Positions 49,478 through 59,798 of a DNA stretch of 64,000 nucleotides are shown here, piece by piece. The number at the start of each line of letters is the position of its first letter. Position 1 is the stretch's first letter. The notes beneath the pieces were generated by a model, which worked only from the letters and a program-made list of their open reading frames with translations, had not been told where the DNA came from and did not search any database. Both the position numbers and the translations under genes were made by a program. Source of the DNA: a bacterium (GTDB lineage Bacteria > UBA8248); NCBI GenBank assembly GCA_965221165.1, contig CBDCRP010000002.1, positions 32,001 through 96,000 on the forward strand. Direction: 5' to 3'.

Positions 49478-51214
49478 TTACCGGACCGTCTGTTTTTGAG
49501 TCGACCCGGGCGAATACGCTTTTAGCGGTTCTTTCCCGAACAAAATCTCGCCCCTCTCCCCATGCCCGATGCGCGTTACGAAACTGCAATCCGCCTCGTT
49601 CGTCTCGGGATAATCCAGCCTGAAATGCGCCCCCCGGCTCTCTTGCCTGTTCAGGGCGGCGGTGGCGAGCAGTTTGCCCAGAAGCGCCAGATTTCTGACA
49701 GAAAGCGCGCTCTCGAGTTCCTGGCCTCTTGTTTTTTCGGATGAGCGCGCACCCGCATCGAGGCGCATGTGGGGGATTTCCTCATTTTCGATGCTCTCGA
49801 ACTCATCCAGCGCATATCGGCAGCCCTCGGCGTCGCGTATGGGACCCAGTTTCTCATGTGCGAGCATCCGGCAACGCATGCGCACGTCCTTTTGGAGTGG
49901 GCCGTCTTCGCGGTGGATGAGCGTCTCCAGCCAGGCGCGCTCGGTTTCGGGAATGCCGCCGAGAGTCGCAGGTGCTTCTTCTCCCCCCTCATTCACCTGC
50001 GTGGAGACCGCCCGGCCCGCCCGCCTCCCGTAAACCAGAGAAGCCGAGAGCGCTGAGCCGCCGATCCGGTTCCCGCCGTGGATGCCGCCCCCCGTCTCTC
50101 CCGCGGCCCAAAGACCCGGCACGCTCGTTCTGCCGTCGACATCTATCTTCAGGCCCCCGAGCCACGTATGGCTGCCCGGAGCCACTTCCAGCGGTGTCTT
50201 GGTGATGTCGATGCCGCGCGAGAGGCACGTTTTATACACATGGGGAATCTGTTTCTGGATGGTCTCCATGGGCACCCGGGTGGCGTCCATGTAAATGCCG
50301 CCCGTGAGGCCGGCGCGGCCTGCGTGAATCTCTTTCGCCATGGCGAGTATGACCTCGCTGCGCGTGCTTTTCTCCGCCGTGTCGGGGAAATAGCGCTTCA
50401 AAAACGCCTCTCCCTCCTGGTTCAGGAAAATGGCGCCTGCGTTGATGAACCCCGTGGGATGGGGCGCGAAGCCAAACAACTCCTCGGGCGCGCAGCACAT
50501 GGCCTGAAAGTCGATCATCTCGATGCCCAAAAGGGGAACGCCTGCGCGAAAGCCCAGCACATAGCCGTCGCCCGTTACTTGCGGCGGGTTGTCGTTCACG
50601 TAGAAAAGGCCGCTTCCGCCTCCCGTGGCGAGAATTACCTCGCTCGCGGCGTAGACCATCAGGCAGCCGCGCGAGTAGTCCACCCCCCATGCGCCGACGA
50701 CGCGGCCCGCCTCGGTGATGAGGTCCACGATGGCCACATGGGGGTGCTGGCCGATGCGGGCGTCGCCCCTGAGCCTCTTCGAGAGCACTTTCGTGACCAT
50801 GTTTCCCGTGGTGTCGTGATGGTGCAGGGCGCGGGGATAGGTGTGGCTCGGGAACATTTTAAGATCGAGTCCCCCCGCGTCGTCCGTGATGAACTCAGCC
50901 CCCCAATCTCTCAGGTCGTGCACGACGTCGATGATGTCATACACCCAGGTTCTCGCCAGTTCCGGGTCGATGAGCTCGCCGCCGTATTTGAGGATTTCCT
51001 GTAGATGAAGCTCAGGGCTGTCGCCCGGCGCCATCGCCGCGGCGAAACCACCCCTCGCCACGGTCGTCGTGCCGCTCGTGGCCCTGCCCTTGGTGGCCTG
51101 GATGACGCGCACGCCCTCTTGCGCGCACTCGAAGGCGGCCATCGTGCCCGCCGCACCCCCGCCCACGATCAACACGTCGGTCTCGTGGCGTTCCTCTGCG
51201 ATGTTTCCCGCCAT
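49478..51214 (-). CDS. SdhA/FrdA/NadB-family flavoprotein with atypical active site
   Basis: Motifs GGGAAG, LATGG, TGDG, HTWLGG, AAGE, HGGNRIGG and ESRGAHFR.DYP. Confidence 0.88.
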   Translation of the reverse strand: MAGNIAEERHETDVLIVGGGAAGTMAAFECAQEGVRVIQATKGRATSGTTTVARGGFAAAMAPGDSPELHLQEILKYGGELIDPELARTWVYDIIDVVHDLRDWGAEFITDDAGGLDLKMFPSHTYPRALHHHDTTGNMVTKVLSKRLRGDARIGQHPHVAIVDLITEAGRVVGAWGVDYSRGCLMVYAASEVILATGGGSGLFYVNDNPPQVTGDGYVLGFRAGVPLLGIEMIDFQAMCCAPEELFGFAPHPTGFINAGAIFLNQEGEAFLKRYFPDTAEKSTRSEVILAMAKEIHAGRAGLTGGIYMDATRVPMETIQKQIPHVYKTCLSRGIDITKTPLEVAPGSHTWLGGLKIDVDGRTSVPGLWAAGETGGGIHGGNRIGGSALSASLVYGRRAGRAVSTQVNEGGEEAPATLGGIPETERAWLETLIHREDGPLQKDVRMRCRMLAHEKLGPIRDAEGCRYALDEFESIENEEIPHMRLDAGARSSEKTRGQELESALSVRNLALLGKLLATAALNRQESRGAHFRLDYPETNEADCSFVTRIGHGERGEILFGKEPLKAYSPGSTQKQTVR

Positions 51215-51454
51215 CCGGATCGTCCTTTCGTACCAATGATTTGGAAAGAATACTGATTATGAGGGCATCTTAAAACATTTCCGGGGAAAAGACTTCCCGC
51301 GCGGAAGATTCCCGGCGGGCGCCCATAGTACGAATCGAAAATTTCTTGAGCCGCCATATGCGCGGCTTATGCCTGCTGGGTGAATCATATTTTCAGAAAT
51401 GTTTCGAAGAAGGCGAACAGCATCGCGCCAGAGGGGGCGGCGTCACCCGTCTCA

Positions 51455-52702
51455 TCACGATTCCCGCCCCAGCATTTCGATCATCTTCTCCGCGCAGGCA
51501 TCGGCGAAGGCGGCATCGTTGATGTGGAGATCGAGCGAGATGATTTCTCCCGTTTTTAGATTCTGCTTGAGCGAGGCCGCAAAGGCGGCGTCCACCTCGG
51601 GACTGCGCCAATCGCCCACCTCGCGTCCACTGAGATCGTGGGCCTTTCGCTTGGTGTGTTCACTGTAGCCCCTGGTGGGTATCAGGACCGAGAGAGGGCT
51701 TTGGGCGCGGTTGAGTTTTTCCGCCATCAGGACGCCCAGGGCATCGAACTCCTCCCTGTTCGTGCGCATGAGAAGATTCTGGGCATTGTACTGAAAAAAC
51801 GCCCTGTCCCGATACTTTTCGGGCACCTGCCCCGTCCAGAAATTCGCGTGATCGAGCGCACCCGGCGCCACGACCTGGGGAATCCCTGCCGCACCTGCGG
51901 CCTCGAGCCTGCCTGCGCCCGCGCTGTATACGCCATCCACGAGCAGGTCCGTGAGTTCATGCGTGGTGACGTCCACCACGCCGGCCAACTCGCCCAGACC
52001 GGCCAGGGACTCCAGTGCGCGTCCGCCGGGTCCCGAGGCATGGAAGAATATGACCTCATAGCCCGCCTCCGTGAGCCTCCTCTCCACCTGCTCGACGCAG
52101 GCCGCCGTACCGCCGAAAGAAGATACCCCGACGAGGGGCGGAGTCGAGCGGTCGCCCTCTCGCGACACGCCTTCTCGCTTCACCATTCCCGCGAGAGCGA
52201 GGGCCGCATTCTCTATGACGCCGCGTGTGATGCGGTTTAAGGATATATCGCCGATGGAGGGAAACATCATGATGTCGCTTTCCGCCACATACCACTGCAC
52301 GGCCGCCGTGGCGGCGACGACGCTCACCATTACCTTGGGCGTGAGGGGCGGCAGCGCGCGCATGATGGCGCAGGCCATCGAGGTGCCGTTCGCCCCGCCG
52401 AGGCCGACCGCGCCCTGTATTTCACCTTTTTGAAATTTTTCAGCCAATATCCGCCTTCCGCCTTCCATCATCACTTCCGAGGCGGCGTTCCTCTCCATCC
52501 GGGCCAGATTCTCCCAACTTTCGCCCGCCTCACTCGCCACCTCAACACCTGTGACGTCCGCGCCGTCCACCTCGTGCGGTCTGCATGAGAGGTCAACCAC
52601 AAGGGGCCTCACGCCCAAGTCATGGAGCGTCTCCGCCAGAAAGCGCGCTTCCGCCCCCTTGCTGTCCATCGTCACCAATATAGCTACACTCTGAGTCGAC
52701 AT
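51455..52702 (-). CDS. Tm-1-like ATP-binding protein (UPF0261)
   Basis: Motifs TMDSKG.E, GGANGT, PKVMVS, FHASG.GGRALE, D.TTHE, PGALD and HIND..FA. Confidence 0.88.
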   Translation of the reverse strand: MSTQSVAILVTMDSKGAEARFLAETLHDLGVRPLVVDLSCRPHEVDGADVTGVEVASEAGESWENLARMERNAASEVMMEGGRRILAEKFQKGEIQGAVGLGGANGTSMACAIMRALPPLTPKVMVSVVAATAAVQWYVAESDIMMFPSIGDISLNRITRGVIENAALALAGMVKREGVSREGDRSTPPLVGVSSFGGTAACVEQVERRLTEAGYEVIFFHASGPGGRALESLAGLGELAGVVDVTTHELTDLLVDGVYSAGAGRLEAAGAAGIPQVVAPGALDHANFWTGQVPEKYRDRAFFQYNAQNLLMRTNREEFDALGVLMAEKLNRAQSPLSVLIPTRGYSEHTKRKAHDLSGREVGDWRSPEVDAAFAASLKQNLKTGEIISLDLHINDAAFADACAEKMIEMLGRES

Positions 52703-52750
52703 TTTTCCTTTTCTCGCATATTCAAATGTGCAACCCTGACGCTGTGTCCC

Positions 52751-53590
52751 CTATTTTCTCAACCTCACCGCCTTGAAGCCCCGGGTCGCCTTTGGCACCG
52801 CATCCTCCACGGGAAAGCGCTCGGCGGAGGAACCACCCACATAGCCATCGAAGCGGCTCTCCATGTCGAGCAGTCTTTCGAAATCGGCAGGAGTCTCTAT
52901 GGAACCCCCATGGCAGGTGAAGATTCTGTCTTCGTATTTCGGCAACAGAGCGTCGAAGACAGCCGTCGCCTTTCCCGCAGCCTCATCGAGCGGCATGACG
53001 GTCTTAGAACCGATGGAACCGCCGGAACTGTTCCCGAAATGAATGATGATGTTGTCCACACCTCCCTCCGCCATGGCGAGGGCTTCATCCGGCGTGGTGG
53101 TGAAGGCTTTGGTGAACATGCCCTTGCGATTCGCATATCCCAAAAGATCGACTTCTTTGGAAAAACCCATGCCCGTTTCTTCTAAGTCTTTTCTGAAATT
53201 CCCATCGATCAAGGCGATCGTGGGGCAGTTCATCAGGCCGTGGAAACCGGCGGTCTTGATTTTGTCCACGAATGAAAACATGTTTCTCGTGGGATCTGTG
53301 GCCAACACCCCCGCGATGACGGGACACTCCCGCACCACATTGAGGATGGAACGCTCGCCCAGTTCGAGTGTTATGGCGTTCGCATCTCCAATCGGCAGAT
53401 ACCCGGCCATCGAGCTCAAGCCCTGCATCCGGTAGTAGGCGAGATTAAAGGTCGTGAGGAGGTCCGCTCCTCCGCGCGCGGCGAATTTCGCAGTGATGCC
53501 GCTTCCGCACAGCGCGTCGTATATGGCGCGTCCGGCATCCCGCTCAGACCGTAGACGGGTGAGGATTTCATCTCGCGAGATATGCGTAAT
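52751..53590 (-). CDS. Phosphoenolpyruvate hydrolase-like TIM-barrel protein (usual partner of UPF0261)
   Basis: GSGITAK...GGAD, YYRMQG.SS.AG..P.GDAN, LEETGMGF..EV, CHGG and GGSSAERFP. The frame extends upstream to ATT at 53590 after AAGAGG. Confidence 0.85.
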   Translation of the reverse strand: MTHISRDEILTRLRSERDAGRAIYDALCGSGITAKFAARGGADLLTTFNLAYYRMQGLSSMAGYLPIGDANAITLELGERSILNVVRECPVIAGVLATDPTRNMFSFVDKIKTAGFHGLMNCPTIALIDGNFRKDLEETGMGFSKEVDLLGYANRKGMFTKAFTTTPDEALAMAEGGVDNIIIHFGNSSGGSIGSKTVMPLDEAAGKATAVFDALLPKYEDRIFTCHGGSIETPADFERLLDMESRFDGYVGGSSAERFPVEDAVPKATRGFKAVRLRK

Positions 53591-53802
53591 GGAATTAACC
53601 TCTTAATTATCAGTTATTTATATGCATTTTCAAAGAAATAACTCAATATATGAGTATATAACCAATTGCCAATAAACGCCTCATCCTGCATGCAATTCAT
53701 TTTTTACTTGATACCATGCCCTTCTTTGTGTGAAAATAGGGGCATGGAAAAGGCAGGCGATGTATCGCCTTCAAAATCATATTGTTCCAAGGATAAGCTC
53801 TA

Positions 53803-53860
53803 GTGGTCCCGTTCGCCCGAGCTGCTCCGCCCCTTATGGGGTGGAGCGGCGCGGGGCCAC
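53803..53860. repeat. GC-rich nested inverted repeat (13-bp inner stem)
   Basis: GCTGCTCCGCCCC-TTAT-GGGGTGGAGCGGC flanked by GTGGTCCCG/CGGGGCCAC. Confidence 0.7.
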
Positions 53861-53925
53861 GCAAGTAGACACCCCGGCGGGACTCGAATCAAGTCACGGT
53901 GAGCGCAAAAGATTTCCGGCGCCCC

Positions 53926-56058
53926 TCAAGTCCTGTCCGCCAGGAATGCCTCGGCGACGAATACCCCCCCCAGCAAAAGAAAAAGAAGCGCTCCCAAATC
54001 GAGTAGCCCCAGAATCGAGCGCAGCGGGTCGGATTCGTTCGCCGGCAAATCGCGGATGTCGAGCCGATCGAGTTTTTCTTTCAGAGCACTCATCTCCACA
54101 GGGAAGATATTCGCTTCCGAGGAAGGCACGTTCACGCCCACGAAATGTTTTTCATCAGGCGTAAGAACGCTATAGAAGCCTGCACGGTAGGCATCCCGGT
54201 AATAGGCGACGGCGCCGCCACCGCCCGCCTTGCCCAACCTTAATCCATCCACGGATGCGGCTTCGGGGTTCAGGGTTTTCTCCATGAACTGGAGCGCGCG
54301 CGCTTCCTGGTTCGGCCCGCGGATTTGTATCGCCTCCCCCGCCCGCTTGATGGGCGCTCGAATTTCAAACGTATCCCCCACATTCGCGGAGGAGGACACG
54401 CCCTTTCGCGTGCCGCCCAGAAAATCGGAAACCCCTCTTATAAAAGGAACGAAAACAGGCCGCACGGCGAGGTCCGTCCAATCCCTATCGCATGTAGAAC
54501 CCCACATCATCACTTGTCCCGACCCTACGGAACCGAGCACGAGGACGGGGGTTCCATCGGGAAGCTCCAATAAGGCCCGCCCGCCTCTCGCCGGGTCGAG
54601 AGGCGTCACCCGGGCCAGGCGCAAGGCGGAGAAAAACCGCCCGCCGTTTGCCCCCAGCAAAGAAAACGCCGGGTGCAACTCCTCGCCTTGAGCGATTTTC
54701 AGGCTTTGGGATGGGCGCAGCGTTGTTGGGCCTCTCGGCGTGGCCGGCAGCCAGTCGAGTCCAGATGTCTTTTCGCTCGACAATTCTCCCGTGGCCCAGA
54801 GAAGCCCACCGCCTTTTTCGACGAAATTCCTTAAACCCCGCCCACCCTGTTCGGGCCAGCGCCCTACGTTACAGGCGATGACGTAGTCATACTCATCCCA
54901 ATCCACGTTGTTCAGTTCATAAGACGCCACGACGCGCGTCAGCACCGGCGATTCTCCGCCTAGAGGCGCTGCGCTCAGGGCATTGACGAGGAAGAAAGTC
55001 TCGCTGTCCTGGAGTCCGCGCTTCGGGTCCCCGTCGATGACCAGGGCGCGCAGACGCTTGCCGATGCCGGCCGCAAAGTAGAACTGGTTCGTCGTCGAGA
55101 GATTGTCCTTCGGCAACTGAATGCGTCCGTAGAGTACGCCCTTTTGAGGCGCATTCACCCGAAAACTCACGGGACCCGCCCCGTCCGGCTCGAGGTCCAC
55201 TTCCGCCGTCTCCTGCAGCTCCTCGCCCACATACAAATGTACGGGCACTTTCGATTTTTTCTTGTTTCCCCTGTTGAAAATGCGCCCCCCGATGGTGAAG
55301 GAGAACCCCGCCTTGGGCGGCCAGGGCTTCATCTTCACGTCCTGGAGGCTTACATCCTCCACCCCTGCTTCCGGAGCTACGCGCACGAATTGCAGGTGAA
55401 CATGCGGGTTCCATTGCTTGAGGTTGCGAATCTGGAACGACTCCCAATCGCTTTGGGCGAAATCGCTGAAAACGACGATGTTTCTACGCCCCGCCCGGGG
55501 AGATGCGTTCTCGAGCGCGTGCTGAACGAGGCGGCCCGGCGCGCCCTTTCCGTCGGTTTGACGAACCCCCTCCAGTGCTGCGAGAGCGTCCTTGCGCTTT
55601 AATTCTTTCAGTGGAGCGCCAGGCGCTTCTCCGACGGTCGTCGCGATGCTCATGCGATCCGAATCGGACATATCCTCGATCATCCGCCGCACGGCGCGCT
55701 TGGCGACGTCGAAGCGACTGCCCTTTGACGTCGAAAACGCCATGCTCGCAGAATTATCGACTACGGCGACGGTGTGGACGGGAAACCATCCTCCGCTCGA
55801 TACGCCGCCTTCGGTCGCCAAAAGTGGACGCGAAGCCAGGAAAATAGCCACCCCGACGGCGCACACACGGAGAAACAGGAGTATCCAGTTTCTGAGCCTG
55901 CTCCGATTCGTGATGCGGCGTTGCGTTCTGAGCAGGAACTCAAATGTGGGGAGCCTGTATCTGCGGACGAGACGCCTCCTCAGCATGTGAATCAGGATGG
56001 GGAGAAAAACGAGCCCCATTCCCCAAAGAAGCGCTCCGTGCAAGAATTGAAAACTCAA
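53926..56058 (-). CDS. BatA-like N-terminal domain + vWA + Ig/GATase-like membrane protein
   Basis: LPILIHML...F...L.LFLR N-terminus, DNSASM MIDAS, FSD, WTDL..RP.FVP and a C-terminal TM. Confidence 0.85.
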   Translation of the reverse strand: MSFQFLHGALLWGMGLVFLPILIHMLRRRLVRRYRLPTFEFLLRTQRRITNRSRLRNWILLFLRVCAVGVAIFLASRPLLATEGGVSSGGWFPVHTVAVVDNSASMAFSTSKGSRFDVAKRAVRRMIEDMSDSDRMSIATTVGEAPGAPLKELKRKDALAALEGVRQTDGKGAPGRLVQHALENASPRAGRRNIVVFSDFAQSDWESFQIRNLKQWNPHVHLQFVRVAPEAGVEDVSLQDVKMKPWPPKAGFSFTIGGRIFNRGNKKKSKVPVHLYVGEELQETAEVDLEPDGAGPVSFRVNAPQKGVLYGRIQLPKDNLSTTNQFYFAAGIGKRLRALVIDGDPKRGLQDSETFFLVNALSAAPLGGESPVLTRVVASYELNNVDWDEYDYVIACNVGRWPEQGGRGLRNFVEKGGGLLWATGELSSEKTSGLDWLPATPRGPTTLRPSQSLKIAQGEELHPAFSLLGANGGRFFSALRLARVTPLDPARGGRALLELPDGTPVLVLGSVGSGQVMMWGSTCDRDWTDLAVRPVFVPFIRGVSDFLGGTRKGVSSSANVGDTFEIRAPIKRAGEAIQIRGPNQEARALQFMEKTLNPEAASVDGLRLGKAGGGGAVAYYRDAYRAGFYSVLTPDEKHFVGVNVPSSEANIFPVEMSALKEKLDRLDIRDLPANESDPLRSILGLLDLGALLFLLLGGVFVAEAFLADRT

Positions 56059-56083
56059 ATCCCACTTCTCCTAAAACGTTCCG

Positions 56084-56977
56084 CTATACCCTCGACCTGC
56101 TGCGCCACGCCAGAAAGCGGATGAGGCTTCTGTCGAGCGGCTCAGCCGTCGAGACCAGGTGATAATCCACTCCCATGTCCGCGCACCGCTCCCGCGTTTG
56201 CTCGAGGAATTCTCCCAAAAGCCCGAGGTAGGGTCTTTTCACCACCTCGCATTCGACCGTAATGTTTCTCTCCGTTTCGACGTCATCCATCCTGGCGAGA
56301 CCCTCGAAGGGAAAATCGAGTTCCGCGCTATCGAGAACATGAAAGACGATGACGTCGTTTCCTTTCAGACACAGCAGATTGAGCGCTTTTTCTATTGCTT
56401 CGGGCTCATCGAGCAAATCGGAAACGATGATGACGAGCCCTCTTCTGCTCAAGCGTTCCGTCAGGGAAAGCAGCGACCGGGCGATTCCGGTTCCGCCGGC
56501 CGGCTTGGCCGCCTGTAAGCCCGCCAACAGGGCCAGCAAGTGCCTTCTTACGGATTTGGGCGGAACTTGTTCGTCTTCGCTCTCATAGGAAATCACCAGG
56601 CCCACCGAATCGGACTGGCCCAGCAGCAAATGCGCCATCGCCGAGATGAGGGTGGCCGCATAGCCCCACTTGCTCAGGGGTCCGTCTCCGAAATCCATCG
56701 AGGCGCTGGCGTCGATGACGAGATGCGCGTGTAAGTTCGTCTCGTCCTCATATTGTTTCACGAGGTAGCGGTCGAATTTCCCGTACGCCTTCCAGTCGAT
56801 GTGGCGCAGTTCATCGCCCGGGGAGTACGCTCTGTGCTCCTCGAAATCGACGCTGAAGCCTCGTGAGCGGCTCCTGTGGACGCCGCTCATCAAACCCTCG
56901 ACCACATGGCGTGCGCGTAGCTGTAGGTTCGATAATCGAGAGATGAGAACGGGGTCGAAATACTGATCCGAGCTCAA
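56084..56977 (-). CDS. DUF58 family vWA-like protein
   Basis: Motifs G.HRS..RG.SVDFEEHRAY.PGD.LR.IDWK, DASASM and SDL. Confidence 0.93.
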   Translation of the reverse strand: MSSDQYFDPVLISRLSNLQLRARHVVEGLMSGVHRSRSRGFSVDFEEHRAYSPGDELRHIDWKAYGKFDRYLVKQYEDETNLHAHLVIDASASMDFGDGPLSKWGYAATLISAMAHLLLGQSDSVGLVISYESEDEQVPPKSVRRHLLALLAGLQAAKPAGGTGIARSLLSLTERLSRRGLVIIVSDLLDEPEAIEKALNLLCLKGNDVIVFHVLDSAELDFPFEGLARMDDVETERNITVECEVVKRPYLGLLGEFLEQTRERCADMGVDYHLVSTAEPLDRSLIRFLAWRSRSRV

Positions 56978-57001
56978 GGCGATCCCCTCAAGAACAAGCG
57001 C

Positions 57002-58054
57002 CTACGCGGCTTCGGTGGCCTCCGCCGGGGGCGCGATGGTTTCGAGCAGTCGCCCTATCAGGGACACGGAGTCATGTCCTTCCGCCTGGCCTCGAAAGTT
57101 CACCAGAATCCGGTGTCTGAGCACGGGCTCGGCCAGCGCCCGCACGTCCTCAATCGTTGCGGCGTAGCGTCCCCGAAGCAGCGCACGCGCCCGGGCGCCC
57201 AGAATCAGGTACTGGCTCGCCCTCGGCCCCGCGCCCCACTCCACGTAGTGGCGAACGAAATCCGGAGCGGTCTCGTCATCCGGGCGGGATGCGCGCGCGA
57301 GTGAAACCGCATATTCCACCACATAGGGAGCCGCAGGCACACGGCGCACCAATTCCTGGAACGACAAAATCTGCTCGTTATCCATAATTTCTTCGAGTTT
57401 GGGGTCATAGTTCGACGTCGTTTGCGCAACGATTTCCTTCTCCTCCGCCAGGCTGGGATAGGACACCCCGACCTCGAACATGAACCTGTCCAACTGCGCT
57501 TCGGGCAACGGGTACGTGCCTTCCTGCTCCACGGGGTTCTGGGTCGCGAGAACGAAAAACGGAGGCTTCAGGAAATGCGCCTGCCCGCCGGCTGTCACGT
57601 GCAACTCCTGCATGGCCTGAAGGAGAGCCGCCTGCGTTTTGGGCGAGGTGCGGTTAATCTCGTCCGCCAGCAGTATCTGGCTGAAGATGGGCCCGCGAAT
57701 GAAGCGGAAAGAACGCCTTCCCTCCGTGGTGTCATCCAGAATATCCGTGCCCGTGATGTCCGAGGGCATCAAATCGGGCGTGAACTGGATGCGGTTGAAA
57801 TCGAGTTGCAATACGCGCGCCAGGGTGCGTATCAGCAAAGTTTTGGCCAAGCCCGGCACGCCCACCAAAAGACAGTGGCCTTTCGAAAGCAAGGCTATCA
57901 GGATCAAATCGATGACTTCCGCCTGACCGACGATGATCTTGTGCACCTGATCGAGGATGGCGTCGCGCTTGACGCCGATTTCAAGCGCCACCTCCACGTC
58001 CATCTCGCTCAACCTTGATTCTTCGTTTCCTTCGCCATCCATCACGTCATTCAT
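57002..58054 (-). CDS. moxR: MoxR-proper AAA+ ATPase
   Basis: Motifs [27 protein letters not shown] and [22 protein letters not shown]. Confidence 0.93.
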   Translation of the reverse strand: MNDVMDGEGNEESRLSEMDVEVALEIGVKRDAILDQVHKIIVGQAEVIDLILIALLSKGHCLLVGVPGLAKTLLIRTLARVLQLDFNRIQFTPDLMPSDITGTDILDDTTEGRRSFRFIRGPIFSQILLADEINRTSPKTQAALLQAMQELHVTAGGQAHFLKPPFFVLATQNPVEQEGTYPLPEAQLDRFMFEVGVSYPSLAEEKEIVAQTTSNYDPKLEEIMDNEQILSFQELVRRVPAAPYVVEYAVSLARASRPDDETAPDFVRHYVEWGAGPRASQYLILGARARALLRGRYAATIEDVRALAEPVLRHRILVNFRGQAEGHDSVSLIGRLLETIAPPAEATEAA

Positions 58055-58076
58055 TCCGTATCGCCTCTCGATGGGA

Positions 58077-59798
58077 TTAGCGGGGCGCAATGAGTCGAAG
58101 CACCGCACGCTCGCGCTTCGCTTTTTCCGCCTCGCCCGTTCTTTCGTAATGCGCCAGCAGGCGCTCGTGAACCAACTGAATAAATGGATTGATCTGCACT
58201 ACCTGTTCCCACGCCTTGAGCGCGCCTTCCCATTTTTTAGCCATCTCGCTCGCCAGCGCCTGATGCACGTGCGTCATCGCGTAATCCGGGTCCACCTCCA
58301 GCGCTTTTCGGATGTGACGCTCGGCCTGGGGCATCATGCCCAGATGTATCTCGATCTGGGCCGCGCGATTGAGCAGGGGCTGGGAGTGCGGTTCATCGCG
58401 CAAGGCGCGGCGATATTCGATCAGGGCCGCTCTCGTTCTTCCTCTAAACGAAAGCCTGTCGCCCAGCCGCATGCGTCTTCTGGCCACGGCGCTCTTGAGC
58501 GCCGCCAGATCGATCGTTCGCTCGTTCATCGGCCCCTTGGGCTTGAGCTTCGGCTGAGAAACCCGCGAGCCCCGGTAGGGACGAAGAGGCAATTTTTTCA
58601 GGTCTTCTATCCAAAGTTTCTCGAACCCGCCCAAATCGACCCCGGCGACCATCTGCAGTCCGGGCTCCGCGCTTTGAGGAGGCCCGGTGGCTTCCAGTTC
58701 TACGAGGCTCGCCCGCCTTTGATGGCGCGCCCCGGCATTCACCTCCCCGAGCGCCGGGGCTCCCTGTACTGCTTGCGCGGGCGACCCGTTCCGGATGCCC
58801 GACAGCAAACGAACGAGCGCGCCCTCGCCCATTTTTCGCTGGATGAAATCCACGGCCGAAGCCGCCTCCGCGTAGGCCAGGTGCACCTCTTGCGGCGTAT
58901 CGAGATAGATGAGGCTCGGCTCCATCCGCTTGAAGGGGACATATTTGTCCGTCTCCCTCGCCTTGTACAACAAGGCCTCCTCGCCCGGGTGGAGGTAGTC
59001 GAATCCCTCGCCCTGCCATTTTTTCTCCAGATACTTGGCGATTCCCTCGTGCAGCCAGATGGGAGCGCGATTCTTCGTGGCCAGCACGATGAGATAATGA
59101 ACGTACTCGTGCGCCGCGGTATCGAGCCAGCGATACCCCCGCAAGAGAGCGCCGGGGGATAAAAACATCACCTTGTTGAACTTGCAGACCCCTACCGCTC
59201 CTTTCTCCTCGATGTCGCGCCTCGACAGGGTGGAGGACTTGTGGAAGCGGCTCGAGTCCGAGAAAAGCTCCACGCGAATCCGACCCTTGGGACGCACTCC
59301 CAAAATATCTCCATACCGCGCATAGGCTTTCTCGAGCACCTCAGCCAGATAGGGCAACAGAACGGCGTCTTCCCCCGGCGGGTACCAGATGTCAAAATGC
59401 TCCGTCTTGTGCGCTTCGAATCCTTGAAGCGCCGTTTGCGTCTGGCGTACGTGGAGTCTCAGTTCGAGCCATTCGCTATCGCCCGGCCTTTTCTTGAGCG
59501 CCGCGTTGAGATTGGCCACCGACTCGGAATACCTGCCCTCCAGATAATCCACGGCCCCCGAAAGCGCCCGCCATTCCGCCAGGCCGGGAGACTTGGCCTC
59601 AAGCGATTCGATTTTTTTCCTGGCCGCCGCCAGATTCCACGCCCGGAGTTCATCCACCACCGCGCGATAACCATCCGGCCGCTTCACATATTCAGAGAGA
59701 GGCGCCACCCGATTGACGGTATGCGCTCCTGCGGAGGAGACGAAACCCGCCGCGAGCATGCCACAGATAAGCAGTGAGAAAGCTTTTTTCGCCATCAT
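58077..59798 (-). CDS. Exported TPR protein with peptidase MA (gluzincin) domain
   Basis: Signal peptide, HEYVH...PIWLHEGIA, and TPR-like helices at both ends. Confidence 0.85.
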   Translation of the reverse strand: MMAKKAFSLLICGMLAAGFVSSAGAHTVNRVAPLSEYVKRPDGYRAVVDELRAWNLAAARKKIESLEAKSPGLAEWRALSGAVDYLEGRYSESVANLNAALKKRPGDSEWLELRLHVRQTQTALQGFEAHKTEHFDIWYPPGEDAVLLPYLAEVLEKAYARYGDILGVRPKGRIRVELFSDSSRFHKSSTLSRRDIEEKGAVGVCKFNKVMFLSPGALLRGYRWLDTAAHEYVHYLIVLATKNRAPIWLHEGIAKYLEKKWQGEGFDYLHPGEEALLYKARETDKYVPFKRMEPSLIYLDTPQEVHLAYAEAASAVDFIQRKMGEGALVRLLSGIRNGSPAQAVQGAPALGEVNAGARHQRRASLVELEATGPPQSAEPGLQMVAGVDLGGFEKLWIEDLKKLPLRPYRGSRVSQPKLKPKGPMNERTIDLAALKSAVARRRMRLGDRLSFRGRTRAALIEYRRALRDEPHSQPLLNRAAQIEIHLGMMPQAERHIRKALEVDPDYAMTHVHQALASEMAKKWEGALKAWEQVVQINPFIQLVHERLLAHYERTGEAEKAKRERAVLRLIAPR

